From assembly GCA_038496445.1 (NCBI GenBank), contig JALMLS010000356.1:62001-126000 (forward strand): DNA of 64,000 nucleotides, in the 5' to 3' direction. The notes under the pieces were generated by a model. It was not told the DNA's origin. It did no database searches and saw nothing but the letters and a program-made list of their open reading frames with translations. This DNA comes from Trichosphaerium sp. ATCC 40318. Taxonomy: Eukaryota > Protista > Tubulinea. This document shows, one piece after another, positions 1 to 12,206 of the stretch. Position numbers and translations under genes: made by a program. Within the stretch, counting starts at the first letter, position 1, and each line of letters opens with the position of its first letter.

Positions 1-423
1 CAATGTCGTGTTTTAGTTCAAGCTAGCGTTTTTACTTAACCAGATCAGTACAATGGTGAAAGTGTTTTTTTGATATCGTTTTTTTTTTTGCCTTCGGCTA
101 ATAGGTTGATGCGTGGTTTTGTATAAAAATACATGATTCAGTGCCATACTTTACGCAAAGTTTATGGTAATGCAACTTTGACGAATTTTGTTTTTTTTTT
201 TTATCATAAACAGTCTGTTCACTGAAAAAATTGAAGGAAAGACTTTCTGTGATTTTCTAAAACTCCGAAGTATAGATAGTACAATATCTGTTACCAAAAT
301 CCATCTAACGTTGTCAGCATCCTGAGAAAAAGTCCAAAAATTTTTACACCAGAAAATGTGTACCGTTAGTCAGTTAAAGTCAGTTTTTAATAGAAGATTT
401 TTGATCATTAAAAACAAACTAAG

Positions 424-3400
424 ATGAGTGAAAACACATCTCCTCAAGGAGTAACCAATAACAATGCGTGTATTGTACGTATAGTAAAAGCAAAAGGCTT
501 AGATGCCAAGAAAAAGTATGCCGTAAAAGTAGAATGTGGGTCATCTTCTACTTCATCAAAGTTCAGTACAGGCGTACGTCCAACAGTCCTTCAACCTTTC
601 AGTCTTTTTTTCAAACCTGATTGTCCTTGTGAGTATCTGATTAACTTCGTTTTTAGCCAGACCCATTATGGGGTGAGACATATTGTTTTCAAGGCACACC
701 TAAAATTGTAAAAGTTACCGTAAAAGTACGTGGAAAAAAAAAATAAGCGAAAAAAAGAATCACAATTTGCTTTCTGCTAAACTTCTTGTAGTCCAAGAAG
801 ACTATCAGCTCATCTAAGTATTCCGAGACAAAGATAGATTTATCAAAGATAACACCCAATGTTGTTGAGCGTAAATGGTACGTGACACAACATTTTTTTG
901 ACTTGCTCAAAACCCGCTTTCTTTTTTTTTCACGTGCTTGACCACGTGGTTTTTAACGTAATTTCTTGGTTACTTTGAGAAATAACGAACTGTGTTAGGT
1001 ACGATATTGGGAAAGGAGCACAAATGCTTGTATCAGTGCGCCATGTTGATCCTAGCTCAAATAAAGCGAGCGTACGTTTCATACACGTGTATCTTTATTA
1101 ATCTTGTTTTTAGGCTGATTCGTTGCCTTCTTTATTGTACATGCTCGTCAATAACGCGTCTTTTACATCGCCTACAGATAAAAGTACGTAGAAAGTTGTA
1201 TTTGATTTTTCCAAAAAACTGCACGTGCGCAAAACAGAAAAGCCACAAAATTTTTTGTTTGTAGCCATCTTTTCTTTATACTTACACGTTTCCCTAGAAT
1301 ACTATGCAAAATGGCATTTATCCACAGATCACAAAAACACTATCATGAAAACAACTAATGAATCAGGAGCCCAGTACGTTTGATTACAACAAAAAAACCA
1401 ACTAAAAGAACATCAACGGGTCTTGGCGGTAATAAGTTTTTCCGATACTTATTTTTTCTTCCTACAGAGCCAAAGGAAGCACAAGCTATGTATGGAACGA
1501 TCAATCTTCAGCATTAGTAAAAAATACAGCATGTTCTGCTGTTGTGGAGGTATATACAAAGAGGACACTACAAGGAGATCAAAAAGTAGGCGAAATCGAA
1601 ATACCCGTAGATCAAATAAAAGGTAAGTCTTTTTTCTTTTTAGTTCTTTCGACTTTTCAACTTACACTCTACTTTAGTTGATGTAGCTACGCCATATGTA
1701 ATTGATATGGATTCCAGACCTAAGATTTCGGGTAAAGTAGACTGCTTGGTTCAATTAGTACCATCTCCACCGCCACCAGTTGCCAGTGATCTCAAGGCAT
1801 GTTTTAGTTTTCTTATGATTCTTGATTTTTAACTCGATACATAGAAGACAGCAGTAGCTGTTTCAGAAACGTTCACTAAGGTATTAAACCAATTCATAAA
1901 AACTAAGAGAGTACCTTGGCATGCTCTTAATAATCATTCTGATATTCCTGGACCAGGTACGCATAAACAAAAATCACTTTGAATGTCAAAGTTAACTTAC
2001 AGTTTAGGCATGAACGCAAAGTACAACAACCTTGTTCAAAACAGTTGCTTTGGAGTACCAAGCGTAAAAACACTCATATCAGGATCAGCTAGCATTGCAA
2101 GCGATATTAGTGTTGTTGTCGAAGAGCAACAAGCTCTTCATGTAAACTACGCCGGAGGAAACGGAAAATCCGGATCTGCAGGAAAAAAAGGTTTGTTTAC
2201 TACCCTGATGCTCTTTGTTTTGCTAAAATAATGATCAGGTGATGATGGTATGCCTGGTAAAGATGGTGCAGCTGGTAAGCCACCTACTTTATATTCTCAG
2301 CCAGGAACAAGTGGAGGTAAGGCAAACCGTGTTAAATCTTACGCTTGTGTAAAGCAAAATTATTTATTTCTTTTTTAAGGTCACGGACTCGCAGGCTGTA
2401 ATGGTCATGATGGTGGTAGAGGCCAAAATGGAGTTTCAGGGAAAAACGGCACAATTTTAAAAATTGATTTGTCAGCGACTGTAAGTTGTTTATATGCTTA
2501 TACACGTGATCAAAGAGCTTATTCTTATTTTTTTAGCATGTTTCCGAAAACGGAAGTGTTGGCATGAATATTGGCGGAAACTACACCGCCTCTCTTGAAG
2601 TACCTGCATGCGATAAAGTAGATTCCGTTATTTTACTTGATACACATGGCGGTAACGGCGGAAATGGGGTACTGTATAAAACAAAGTAGTGATGTTTCTA
2701 ACTATTTGTTAACAGGGCACTGGAGGCCAAGGTGGCAAAGGTGGCGCTGGTGGTAAAGGCGGAAGAGGTGGTGAAGGTGGTGAAGGGAATGGTAAAAAAA
2801 ATCCTGACGGAGGTAGAGGTGGCCCAGGCGGAAAGTAAGTTGTTATTTGTTGATGGATAAAAAAACAAACGTTTGCTAATGTTAAATAGTGGAGGCCAAG
2901 GAGCCAATGGTGGTAATGGTGGAGACGGTGGAAACGCTGGTAATGGGGGAAGTGCAGGATCGATTTCAGTTTCTGCAGTTGATGCCCGTTTGTTGATGTT
3001 ATTGAGAACAAATACAGCTGCCGGTACAGCAGGTTCACCTGGTTCACGTGGTCTTTTTGGCCACATGGGAATAGGAGGGTAAGTCACGCTTGTGATAGGG
3101 CTTACTGGTCTAACTTTATCTTTGTAGTTCAGGAGGTTATGGCGGACCTGGTGGTAAACCAGGGACATGGGACGAATGTAAGTATTGAGAAGTTTCACTG
3201 TAAACGTAACCCTCTAACTCGTTGAATAGACAGAGAAGGATTTACCCAACCTTTTAAAGTGAGCGGAAGAGCAGGAGACACAGGCGAAAGTGGTAGTAAT
3301 GGAAAATCTGGGACAATGGGTAAAGCAGGAAACAAGTACGTCCAGTATCCTTTTGGGAGTTAAGAAACAACAATAAATTAACCTCCTTTTTTAGTGGATC

Positions 3401-6393
3401 AAAAGGAAGAAATGGACAAAACGCAACCACCACATTTGCTGTTCTTAGTCCAAACGTACGTTACAATACACTTAATAAATCACTGTTCTAAGACTTGATT
3501 TAGGGTAGAGTATTGGAACAAAGTCAGACTTTGTATCGTCCTCAATTTGACAGCATGGAAATAATTGATGCTTTTGGTGATGGAATTTTTGAACCAAAAC
3601 GAGAAGTTATTATTAAAAATATCACTTTATTGAATGTTGGCGGATTGACACTTCCTGATGGTGTTAAGGTATTTGCTACAAATATAAAGGGTATACAAAC
3701 AACCAAAGATGTTGTCACTTTCCCTTCTATAAAGGCTGGTGGTCAAGCGAAGCGCTTCGACCAAGTTTTGAAAGTAAGAATCGCAGATCATGCTTCACCT
3801 TCAAAACCAGGTCCTTTGGTTGAGAAGGCTCAATTGCTTCTTAACCCAGAGCTTATCAGAAGATCATTCGAGGTACCTTAGATATACTATTATTAGTTGT
3901 ACTTACGTAATCCTTGCAGGGAGCTTCAAGAGTAGTCAACTTTGTGGTTCAATATCCAATACGTATTGGAAACTTCAAGGTATTTTTTATCTCAGTGGCT
4001 GTTTCCTGGTTTTGTATTGACTCTTTGTTATTAGGCAACGAGGAGTTTGTTCCGTGGTGATAGTGGATCTGTATCGTTGGATGTTAAAAACATTTCATTG
4101 AAGCCATACGGAACAGGAGATGCGACTATTGTAGTAACTTTGAGATTCACTTCGGTATGAACTTTTTTTCTGTTTAAGTTTACAACAACTTAACAAATCT
4201 GTTTAGGACGTCATAGTTGACCACAAAGACGTTGTTCAAGATTCATCAACAAATACTCAAACTCTCACTTTCACTATTCCTCAAATCAACGCTGGAAAAT
4301 CAGTTTCTATCCCAGACACAAAGTTTACAATGAAGAAGGATGTCCTTCACTTCAAACAGTACGCCTTCTTTGTTTTAGCTCAATTTGAATTGAAATTAAC
4401 GCTATCATTTTAGGACACCTGTCAGAGCAGAGTTACACTTCCGAAAGAGGTCAATAGAGTACCAAGATAGACCATGCAGATGTGCACCAAGATGGGAAGA
4501 GTATCCGCAAGTCAAAGACTTTGATGCTATAATCTTATCAGACAAGGACTTCGTTGATACTACTTATGTAGCATGGCTCAAGATCCTCACAGGTATTGCC
4601 TTCACCGCCTTTAATGATTATTAAACATTGTACTTATTACTATGCTATCATAGGTATGGGATTGAATACACGTGTATGGGATGTAGATATGTATAACGGA
4701 GCAACATATGATAGACAAACTCAAGCACCTTTCAAAACAAAACCACCTCATTGGACTACTTTGGAAAAAGAAAGTATTCGACCTTTAGTCATTTACGCAT
4801 GTCGTGATTATGTTGACTCAAAGGGAAAAGCTGTCTCTGGATTTACTTGGGAGTACGTGATTAATCATCATTGTATCGAGCTAATTGTTTGTAAAGTGAC
4901 TTTGTACGTCATTTCCATCATGAGAAAAAATCAGAAAGTCCATTTTTGGATATCGCTATGAGTTCTGTGAACGATTCTGGATTTGTCATGTGTAATACCA
5001 TGCAAAACAGACTCATCCAGGGATTTACTAGTGCTAAAGCATCCATTGAGGAAGATTTCACGGTATGTCTACAACAACAAAGAGTCTTGGGGTCTGTTTT
5101 GTTTTCTTATTTTTTTATTTAGAAGCAGTACTTTTCAGAGAAGAGTTTGTTCAAAGGAAAGAGAACAGAAAAGACTGCTACAAAGAAAGCCAAAGGATTT
5201 TTGAAGAAAAAGCTCAAGGAATCTCCACCAATTGTATATGGTATATCTTCTATGAACATAGATATTGAGAAAGTTAAAGGCGGAAGGTACAAGATATTTC
5301 TATTTTTTTCGTATTTTATTCTTATTATTTTTTGTAGTGAGTATGGCGAACTCAAACTCGCAAAATTACCTTTTACTTCATTTGTGCCTATGCTTGTAAC
5401 TCCACATACAAACAATCTCAATCCAGGATCACACAGTACGCCATAGTTATTAAAAGAATTGTACTTATATTTTTTAGATGCCAATTTAGCATCAGGCCTT
5501 GCATCCAAGGAAATTTATGCAGACTCTAACTTTGTCAAAATGTTCTTTACAGCGTTTGCTGCGTTATCTATGAAACAGAAACTCTTGACTATGGTCTACT
5601 ACGATCAAAAAGCCTTAGAATCAAGCGACTGGGTACACAAACAAAAAACTGACTGTTTTCTTACCTTTTTTCCTCAAGGTCATTGATTTTGGAGAATACA
5701 AAGGCTCAATGGTCGATCTCTTTGCATTGAGTATGTACTGTGATATAAGCATTGGTAAACAACACTATGCTGGAATAGAAGATCCTTTGATACGCATGAA
5801 AGCGATCATCATGACAAACTTGGGATGGTTCAAAACAAAATCAGTTACACTTGCCGTGTTTTACGCATTGAAAAAGTACGTGATTACACGTGACCTTACC
5901 AACTTATCACATGATACTAACTTTTTATTTAAGGTTATCTAGCAGTAAGAGTGTAGCCGCTAAAACCAAGAAATCGCTCTACGCAGCATTAGCTGGAACA
6001 CCTCAAGAAAAAAAGGCAGTTCAAAGCGAAGTTGAACGTCTTATCAGTAGTCACGGCAAAAAACGATCTAAGGATGCTGTGAAAAAACTTGTAAAGCTTG
6101 TTTATGGTAGCTGGTGGTGTCATGAGCTCTTTGAGCTTGAGAATGATGTGACAGAGGTAGCACAAGAAGCTGGTGCTGAGAGGAAAGCCACCGGGTTTTT
6201 AAAGAAATCACACAGCGACACTGAGCTAGATGCTTTGAGCACAGGTCCAGGTTTGAACGATGAAAAGGACGCCAAAAAGAGAAGAAGGGTTTCTATATCT
6301 GCTGGTAAAACAAGGTTATCAAAGCTAGGTTCCAAAGTTCCAAAAAAGATGCCAAAGAAGCTTCCAAAAAAGTTTAGTAAAAAATTCTTCTAA
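424..6393 (+). CDS. Large multi-exon protein: two C2-like domains, Gly-rich (GGxGGxGG) region, then a conserved 'GIFEP...NVGGLTLP' domain and a basic C-terminal tail
   Basis: Exon 1 'CIVRIVKAKGL' and the exon near 1470-1622 'YVWNDQ...VEVYTKRTLQGDQKVGEIEIPV' are C2-like. Gly-rich exons lie at about 2150-3420. More than 20 GT-AG introns; stop TAA at 6391-6393. Internal exon boundaries are approximate. Confidence 0.7.
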
Positions 6394-6985
6394 AATGAAA
6401 AAACCTAAGCACGTGTAAATAAAATAAAAACCCTGATTCATTAAAATTAACTTCAGTTCATCTCATCTCATCACCATATAATACAGCATCTTTAAACAAA
6501 GGATGCGTAACTAATGGTAGTCGGTGATAATCGTGAATTCTAGAAACAAAAGGACATAATGCAGTCAGTTACTTCTCTTTTCAAATAACTCATAACATTA
6601 GAAAACGATAGTCCAGTTTTACAAATCCTTTACCTACGAATACGTACTTATCACTCCCTCAATCTTCTAATACAAGGTGGTCGCTTTATAAGTTCAAGAA
6701 CCTAGAGGCGTAACAACGGCTAGAGCCTATTACGTAATGACTTAACAATGTACTCGGAACAGTTTTTGGTTTTTAGGTTGTTTTTATTGTCTGTGACTTT
6801 GAATAAAACAAGGGTCTCAGGCTTCGTGACCAAGCGGTCAAGCCAAGAGATAGGTTCCTCCATTCAAGTGTGTTGTTGTTTGTAGGAGCCATTGACGATA
6901 GGGATCTAACTTAATGACTAAGATGTACTATATTCTCAAAATTAGCTTTATTTTGTAGCTCACTAGCGGCTAATATACATTGCTG

Positions 6986-8010
6986 CTAAGTGCCAGGATT
7001 TTTATTTTTTTTGGCAAGGTAAAACGCACTGCCATCAAACCTTGCCCTTAATGCAGTTTCTTTCTGGTACTCACACTTTTCTTCACCATCGTATGTGGAT
7101 AGAAGTAAAGACGATATTTGAAAAAAAGCTTCATCTACTAAATAAAAACGTTCAAGTTAGTACCTAATGATTATATTGGTAAAAATATCGAACCATTTGT
7201 TGGGGTTTTTGATGATGTCTCTAGGTACTGTAAGTTGTTTTTGTCACAGAATTCCTACATGACAGGTTTAGTGTATATCTATAGTATGTATATATGCCTT
7301 ACCTTGACTGTTTCAGAGTCTACTTTGCAATCACTTACAAGATCACTTTTGGCTCCAACTAGAATTTTTTGAATATCAAGCATTTCAATTGTCCATAGCC
7401 AGTGACTCACGTTTTCAAAGCTGTTTTTGTTTGTAGTGTCATATATAATTATAACACCGTTTTTACCTCGATAAGGATTCTTACGCCTGTTTCTCATTCT
7501 ATCTTGGGGTACATTAAACTAAAGAAACACTTTTGTTCCGAAAAAAAGCTCCTTACAGTAATCCCAAACTCGCAGCTGAATAAGTACCCCATCAACTTTG
7601 ACAACTCTTGAACCCACCTTAAAAAAGAGCATATAAATCACGTGCCAAACTCAAATGATAAAGAGAATTTACATATTCAGGGTAAACATTATTTGATGCC
7701 GCTTCAGAAAACGTGTCATCAACAAATCTATTTATAAACTTTGATTTTCCAACGCCAGGGTCTCCAACAACACAAATGCTGAAATAATAATTCCTATTGA
7801 CGTTATAGGTTTGATAAATACAACATTGCCGTTTACGCTCTGTAATTGATACTACATGTCGATATTTGAGGAGTTGAAGCGTCTACAAAGAGTTTAGCTT
7901 TATTTACATAAAGTCGTTACCTCTGGTTGTTTCATGTGTACTGCAGCAGCATCCCATTGCTTTTTTCTATCTCTACAATAATGCTTCAGGCCTGCTAAGG
8001 ATCCTTGATT
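6986..8010 (-). CDS. Rab-like small GTPase, divergent, with N-terminal extension; start codon not resolved
   Basis: Spliced exons give 'SICVVGDPGVGKSKFINRFVDDTF' (P-loop), 'GVIIIYDTTNKNSFENVSHWL', 'LVGAKSDL' (degenerate G4) and 'YLETSSK' (G5). Ends KNPGT-TAG with no CAAX. Confidence 0.75.
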
Positions 8011-8084
8011 GATAGAAATAAGAAGTTAAGGAAAAGTCAACACAATTAAAAATTCCAAGTAAAAACTGCGAAGGAACACTTAAC

Positions 8085-9150
8085 ATGTCCATAGTTACAT
8101 CCAAACGCACTGTACATTTGTTTTTTTAAATGAATGTTTGAATAAACTCTAACAAACACCTTGTAGATAACAGCCACAACATGCATAAATTATCATCTAG
8201 TACACCTTCCAGTTGAGCTACAGCTTGATATAATCGACATGGACTTTGAAGCGTATTTAAAATGGCCTCTACTATCGAAACAGGCTGCTTTGAACACGAG
8301 ATTTGATGCAGACCTGAATAAACATGGTAAATGGGTAAAAAAGAAAAGAACCAAAGATGTCCACAATAGACTTCATCAAACAATAACTAAAAAGAAAGGG
8401 TATTGGATAAATGGTACACGTGATGGTGAGTATAAATGTTGGCATGATAATGGGAATCTAGAAAAGCAGTGTTACTATATAAATGGTAATCTAGATGGAG
8501 AATACAAACGTTGGCATGATACTGGTCAGTTGTGGGAGAAGTGCCAATATGTTAATGGTAAACAAGAAGGAGAATACAGTCTTTGGTATACGTCCGGTAA
8601 GATGTTTAAACATGGCGTGTATGCCAACGATAAGCTGAACGGAGATGCTAAGTATTGGTATTCATCCGGCCAATTGAAAAAACACTTTTGTTTTGTCAAT
8701 GGTAAGCTTGACGGAGAGCAAAAGGAGTGGTATAGAAACGGTCAATGCAAGACTGCTCGTTTTTATGTAAATGATATACAGCATGGGGAGCATAAAGAAT
8801 GGTATGAACATGTTGGCTCAATGTTATGTCATGGTTATTATACCAATGGTGAACCTAATGGTGAGTTCAAATGGTGGTATGATAATGGTGTATTGGGAAC
8901 ACATAGTCAATATGTTAATGGTAAACTTGAAGGAGTTAGAAAGATCTATCACTATAGTGGTCAACTAAAAGCCAATTGTCAGTATGTAAATGATAACCGA
9001 GAAGGTACTTACAAAGAATGGTATAGTAATGGGAAATTGAGGACAAGGTGTAATTATCTTGGAGGAAAACTTGATGGAGAATTATTGACATGGCATATAA
9101 ATGGTGAGTTGGAGAGCTACTTGATATATGAAAACGGTTTCAAAGTCTAA
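8085..9150 (+). CDS. F-box-like + MORN-variant (YwqK-like) repeat protein
   Basis: Exon 1 MSIVTSKRT (8085-8111), intron 8112-8166 (GTACAT...CTAAC...TTGTAG), then in frame 'LVHLPVELQLDII' F-box-like motif and about 11 repeats of type 'GEYKxWYxNGQL....YVNGKL'. Confidence 0.8.
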
Positions 9151-9344
9151 CATGCCTGCACCTTTCACAGACAACACGCTTTTGAAAGAATTTAAAATGT
9201 TGGCACATGACACGTTTTGAATGTAATACGAAAGTTTTGCACTTTTGTGACTTGAAGACTTACCAAGCAAATGCACAACCTTGTAAACGCTTAAATAAAA
9301 TCACGTGGACAAAAATAACTATCTGCAACGCTTCTTAGTTTATT

Positions 9345-10618
9345 TTAAGAAGTACAACCGCAATCTCCGTTGTTTGGGATCGTAACAACATCAGTAGAGC
9401 CATCACCATCAATTGTGGCTTCACCATCATAGCAAAACTGAAAAGTGTTGTAAACATAAAACTTTGTAAATGTCCATGCGTCATTACTGAAATTCTTAAC
9501 TTCAAGACCATACAGAGTTCTCAATGGGTCCTTCATAGGACCTTTCATAAAAAAGTGATCAACAGCACCCCTTTTGAAGTCGTCAATAAGCTTGTTGTCA
9601 ATGTTGCTGCTCCAAGCTGATCTTGTGCCATCCGTATAAACATATCTATATCCGATATGTCCGTTTGTTCCAGAATGGGTCCCTGTCTTTGTTGTAGTCA
9701 TAATAAATGTATCAACAGTATCCGTGTTAGGTGGGATAAAGACTCCTAAAGACATACTTAGGAAAATATGGTACATTGAAAAAGTAAGAAAAAAACAGGT
9801 TTGTGAATTTTTGAGTGTACTTTTTGTGTCGGGTTTTTCTTTTTTCTTTGGAGTCGTAGTTGCTGTTTGAGGGTTCTCATTTTCGTTGATTGTAGAGCCG
9901 TGTGTTTTTTTAATTGCATCAAGTTCTTTTGTAAGATGGTCTACTTGGTACTGCAGCTGCATCACCTTATCCGATAGTTTACTTGACTTCAATGCTTTCA
10001 AAGTCACACGAAAGAAAGCCCTCTTACAGAAAACTTCAATTTGGTCTGTCCGCTTCACCTTTACTTCAAACGTGTTTAGGATCTCAGACATAACATCTAT
10101 TTGATCTCTTTCAACCTTAAGCAGCACGTGTTGTGAATATTTGTAAGTCTGTTTTTAGTAGGGTACCTTTTTGTGTCCAACGTATTTTGCTTTTCTTTCA
10201 ATGTTAGTTACCATGAAGTAAACTTTTGTTGTGTCATCACGAACACCTACTTTTAATCCCCACTTTCCGCAACTAGAAACGTGCGTTTGGGTGTACGATG
10301 CCGTTTCAATTAGATCACTATTAAGAGTGTTAGAATCAGAATGACATAACTGATACGAAAATATTGACACGTCGTGCCAAAAGCTTTCAACAATAAAACA
10401 ATACGCCACAAAAACACGTGCTGAGAAACGTTTTGGCAACAAGAAAATACTTTTTTACTAAGACGTTTACTAAAAAATATCGTTATAACGTACGGTATGT
10501 ACTTAAGGGCCGAAAGGTCTTTGCTGTCCCCAAAATTAAAAGTTATAAAGCCTCTACAAAATAAAACAGCAAGAACCCCAACTGCCAGAGATAAAACACA
10601 ATCTTTAATCAACGGCAT
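9345..10618 (-). CDS. Signal/TM-anchored coiled-coil protein with C-terminal PLAT/LH2-like domain
   Basis: N-terminal hydrophobic 'VLSLAVGVLAVLF'; coiled coil 'LSDKVMQLQYQVDHLTKEL'; probable stop-free intron about 9748-9820; PLAT-like 'TKTGTHSGT...DDFKRGAVDHF...DAW'. Confidence 0.55.
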
Positions 10619-12206
10619 GGAACTAATTTAACAGCCTCTTCGTTTGGGCGCTAGTTTTGTTAAACGGAAAACGTGGAGAGTGTCACTTAACAAAGGTCAT
10701 GTGACTTAGTGTTGTGAAATACTATGGATAGCCCACAAGTGTTTCAGGCGTAAAACTTGATTGAAAGTATATCACGTGACACAAATACGTGACTTACGAA
10801 ATTTCAAGTTTCGTTTCACAATATTTTGTAACAAAGAGGTTACCTTACCTGTGATTTTGATCTACAATTGTCCTGTTCCAAGGAACGGTTTTATTTGGTG
10901 CCAATTACTCTCTTGGCTATTGCCGTAAAGCAGGGTGTCAGGTATGCAGTCATTATTGTACGTTGAATTCGTTGATAATTCTTGTTGTACTTGAAGTTAC
11001 ATTCAAAGCTTTAGTAGCTTCTGTAGCTTCATGAAGTTGGCTATAATACAATTATATGACAACCTAATGAAGATATGTGTGGGAAAGTGAGTGAGAAGAA
11101 TCCAATGGTTTCTACTAGGTCATAATCTACACCTAACAAGTTGTATACTTGAAGGAGGTTGTCCATGTGCCAGCAATAAGGAATAAATGAAGTTAACTGT
11201 ATCGCACATCTTTAAATGCTTGAAGAAGTAACAGGCATTTTTATACTCTCCTTGTTGCTCACCAGCAACATAATGAACAGCGTTGTCAAACCAAGTATCA
11301 TACCATGATAGTCATTAATATTCCAGCGCTAGTGTTCGCTTATTGCATCGTCTACCACAGTTTTTCTTGCCTGATATGTGGTCATACTATACTTTGAAGT
11401 GAGTCAACAGTTGAAACTCATAGGCCATATCTCGTGTAGTCCTAGTGTACCCCTCGTGTAGTTTCGCGTTTCGTGGTTATGTGAAATCGGGATTACATTG
11501 GACAAACTCTTGAAAAACTCACCTACACCTTTTCACTCAAAAAATTATTGTCACTTTACAATGAACAACTTTTCTACGCTAAACCACAAGTATCCCGCTA
11601 TAGATGTAATTAAGCGAGTGTATCTAAATAGTAACCACATCCATGTTGTGACTTGGTTTCTCAGTGCTAGTGTTAAGCAAACTATAAATAAATTGATTGC
11701 TTGTTTGGCATTTTCTTTTTTGTTGTTTTAGAGCCTATCAACCCATTGAGCCACAAGTGATGCAGTGATAAAACGATTAAGCAAGTGAATGACACGTGTA
11801 AATGCAGATACGTATGTTATCGCAATTATTTGCAGCCTTTGTACTAAATATTGTCTGTATCATTCAAGTTTGCAAACCGTCATGTCTGGCAATCTTGACT
11901 TTTTCAGGTATGTTGATGATCAAAATCTCTTGTCATATTAGTTCCATCAGGAGTACCAGCAACGAAGCTATTAACTAATAATAGGGATATGACTACCTTG
12001 CAGATATGGTACCAGTGGTTGGAGATCACGTACTTTAAGCGGTCGACTTTATGCAAATATCACAGCTCTACTACAACGGAACGTAATGCCGACTTTGTGG
12101 TATTTCATCTATGAAGTTTTGTGATGGATATTGTTTACCAGGTATAGCGAAGCGTTGTCAAAGATAACTTAACTGGACTTAAGTATCAAGGCAATAACCC
12201 GACATT

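Noticed and set aside
2698-3198. Pro-rich antisense ORFs (and other antisense ORFs over repeats)
   Set aside because: These are shadows of the Gly-rich or repeat coding strand.
10850-12200. Possible gene or pseudogene fragments
   Set aside because: No consistent spliced frame or recognisable domain.
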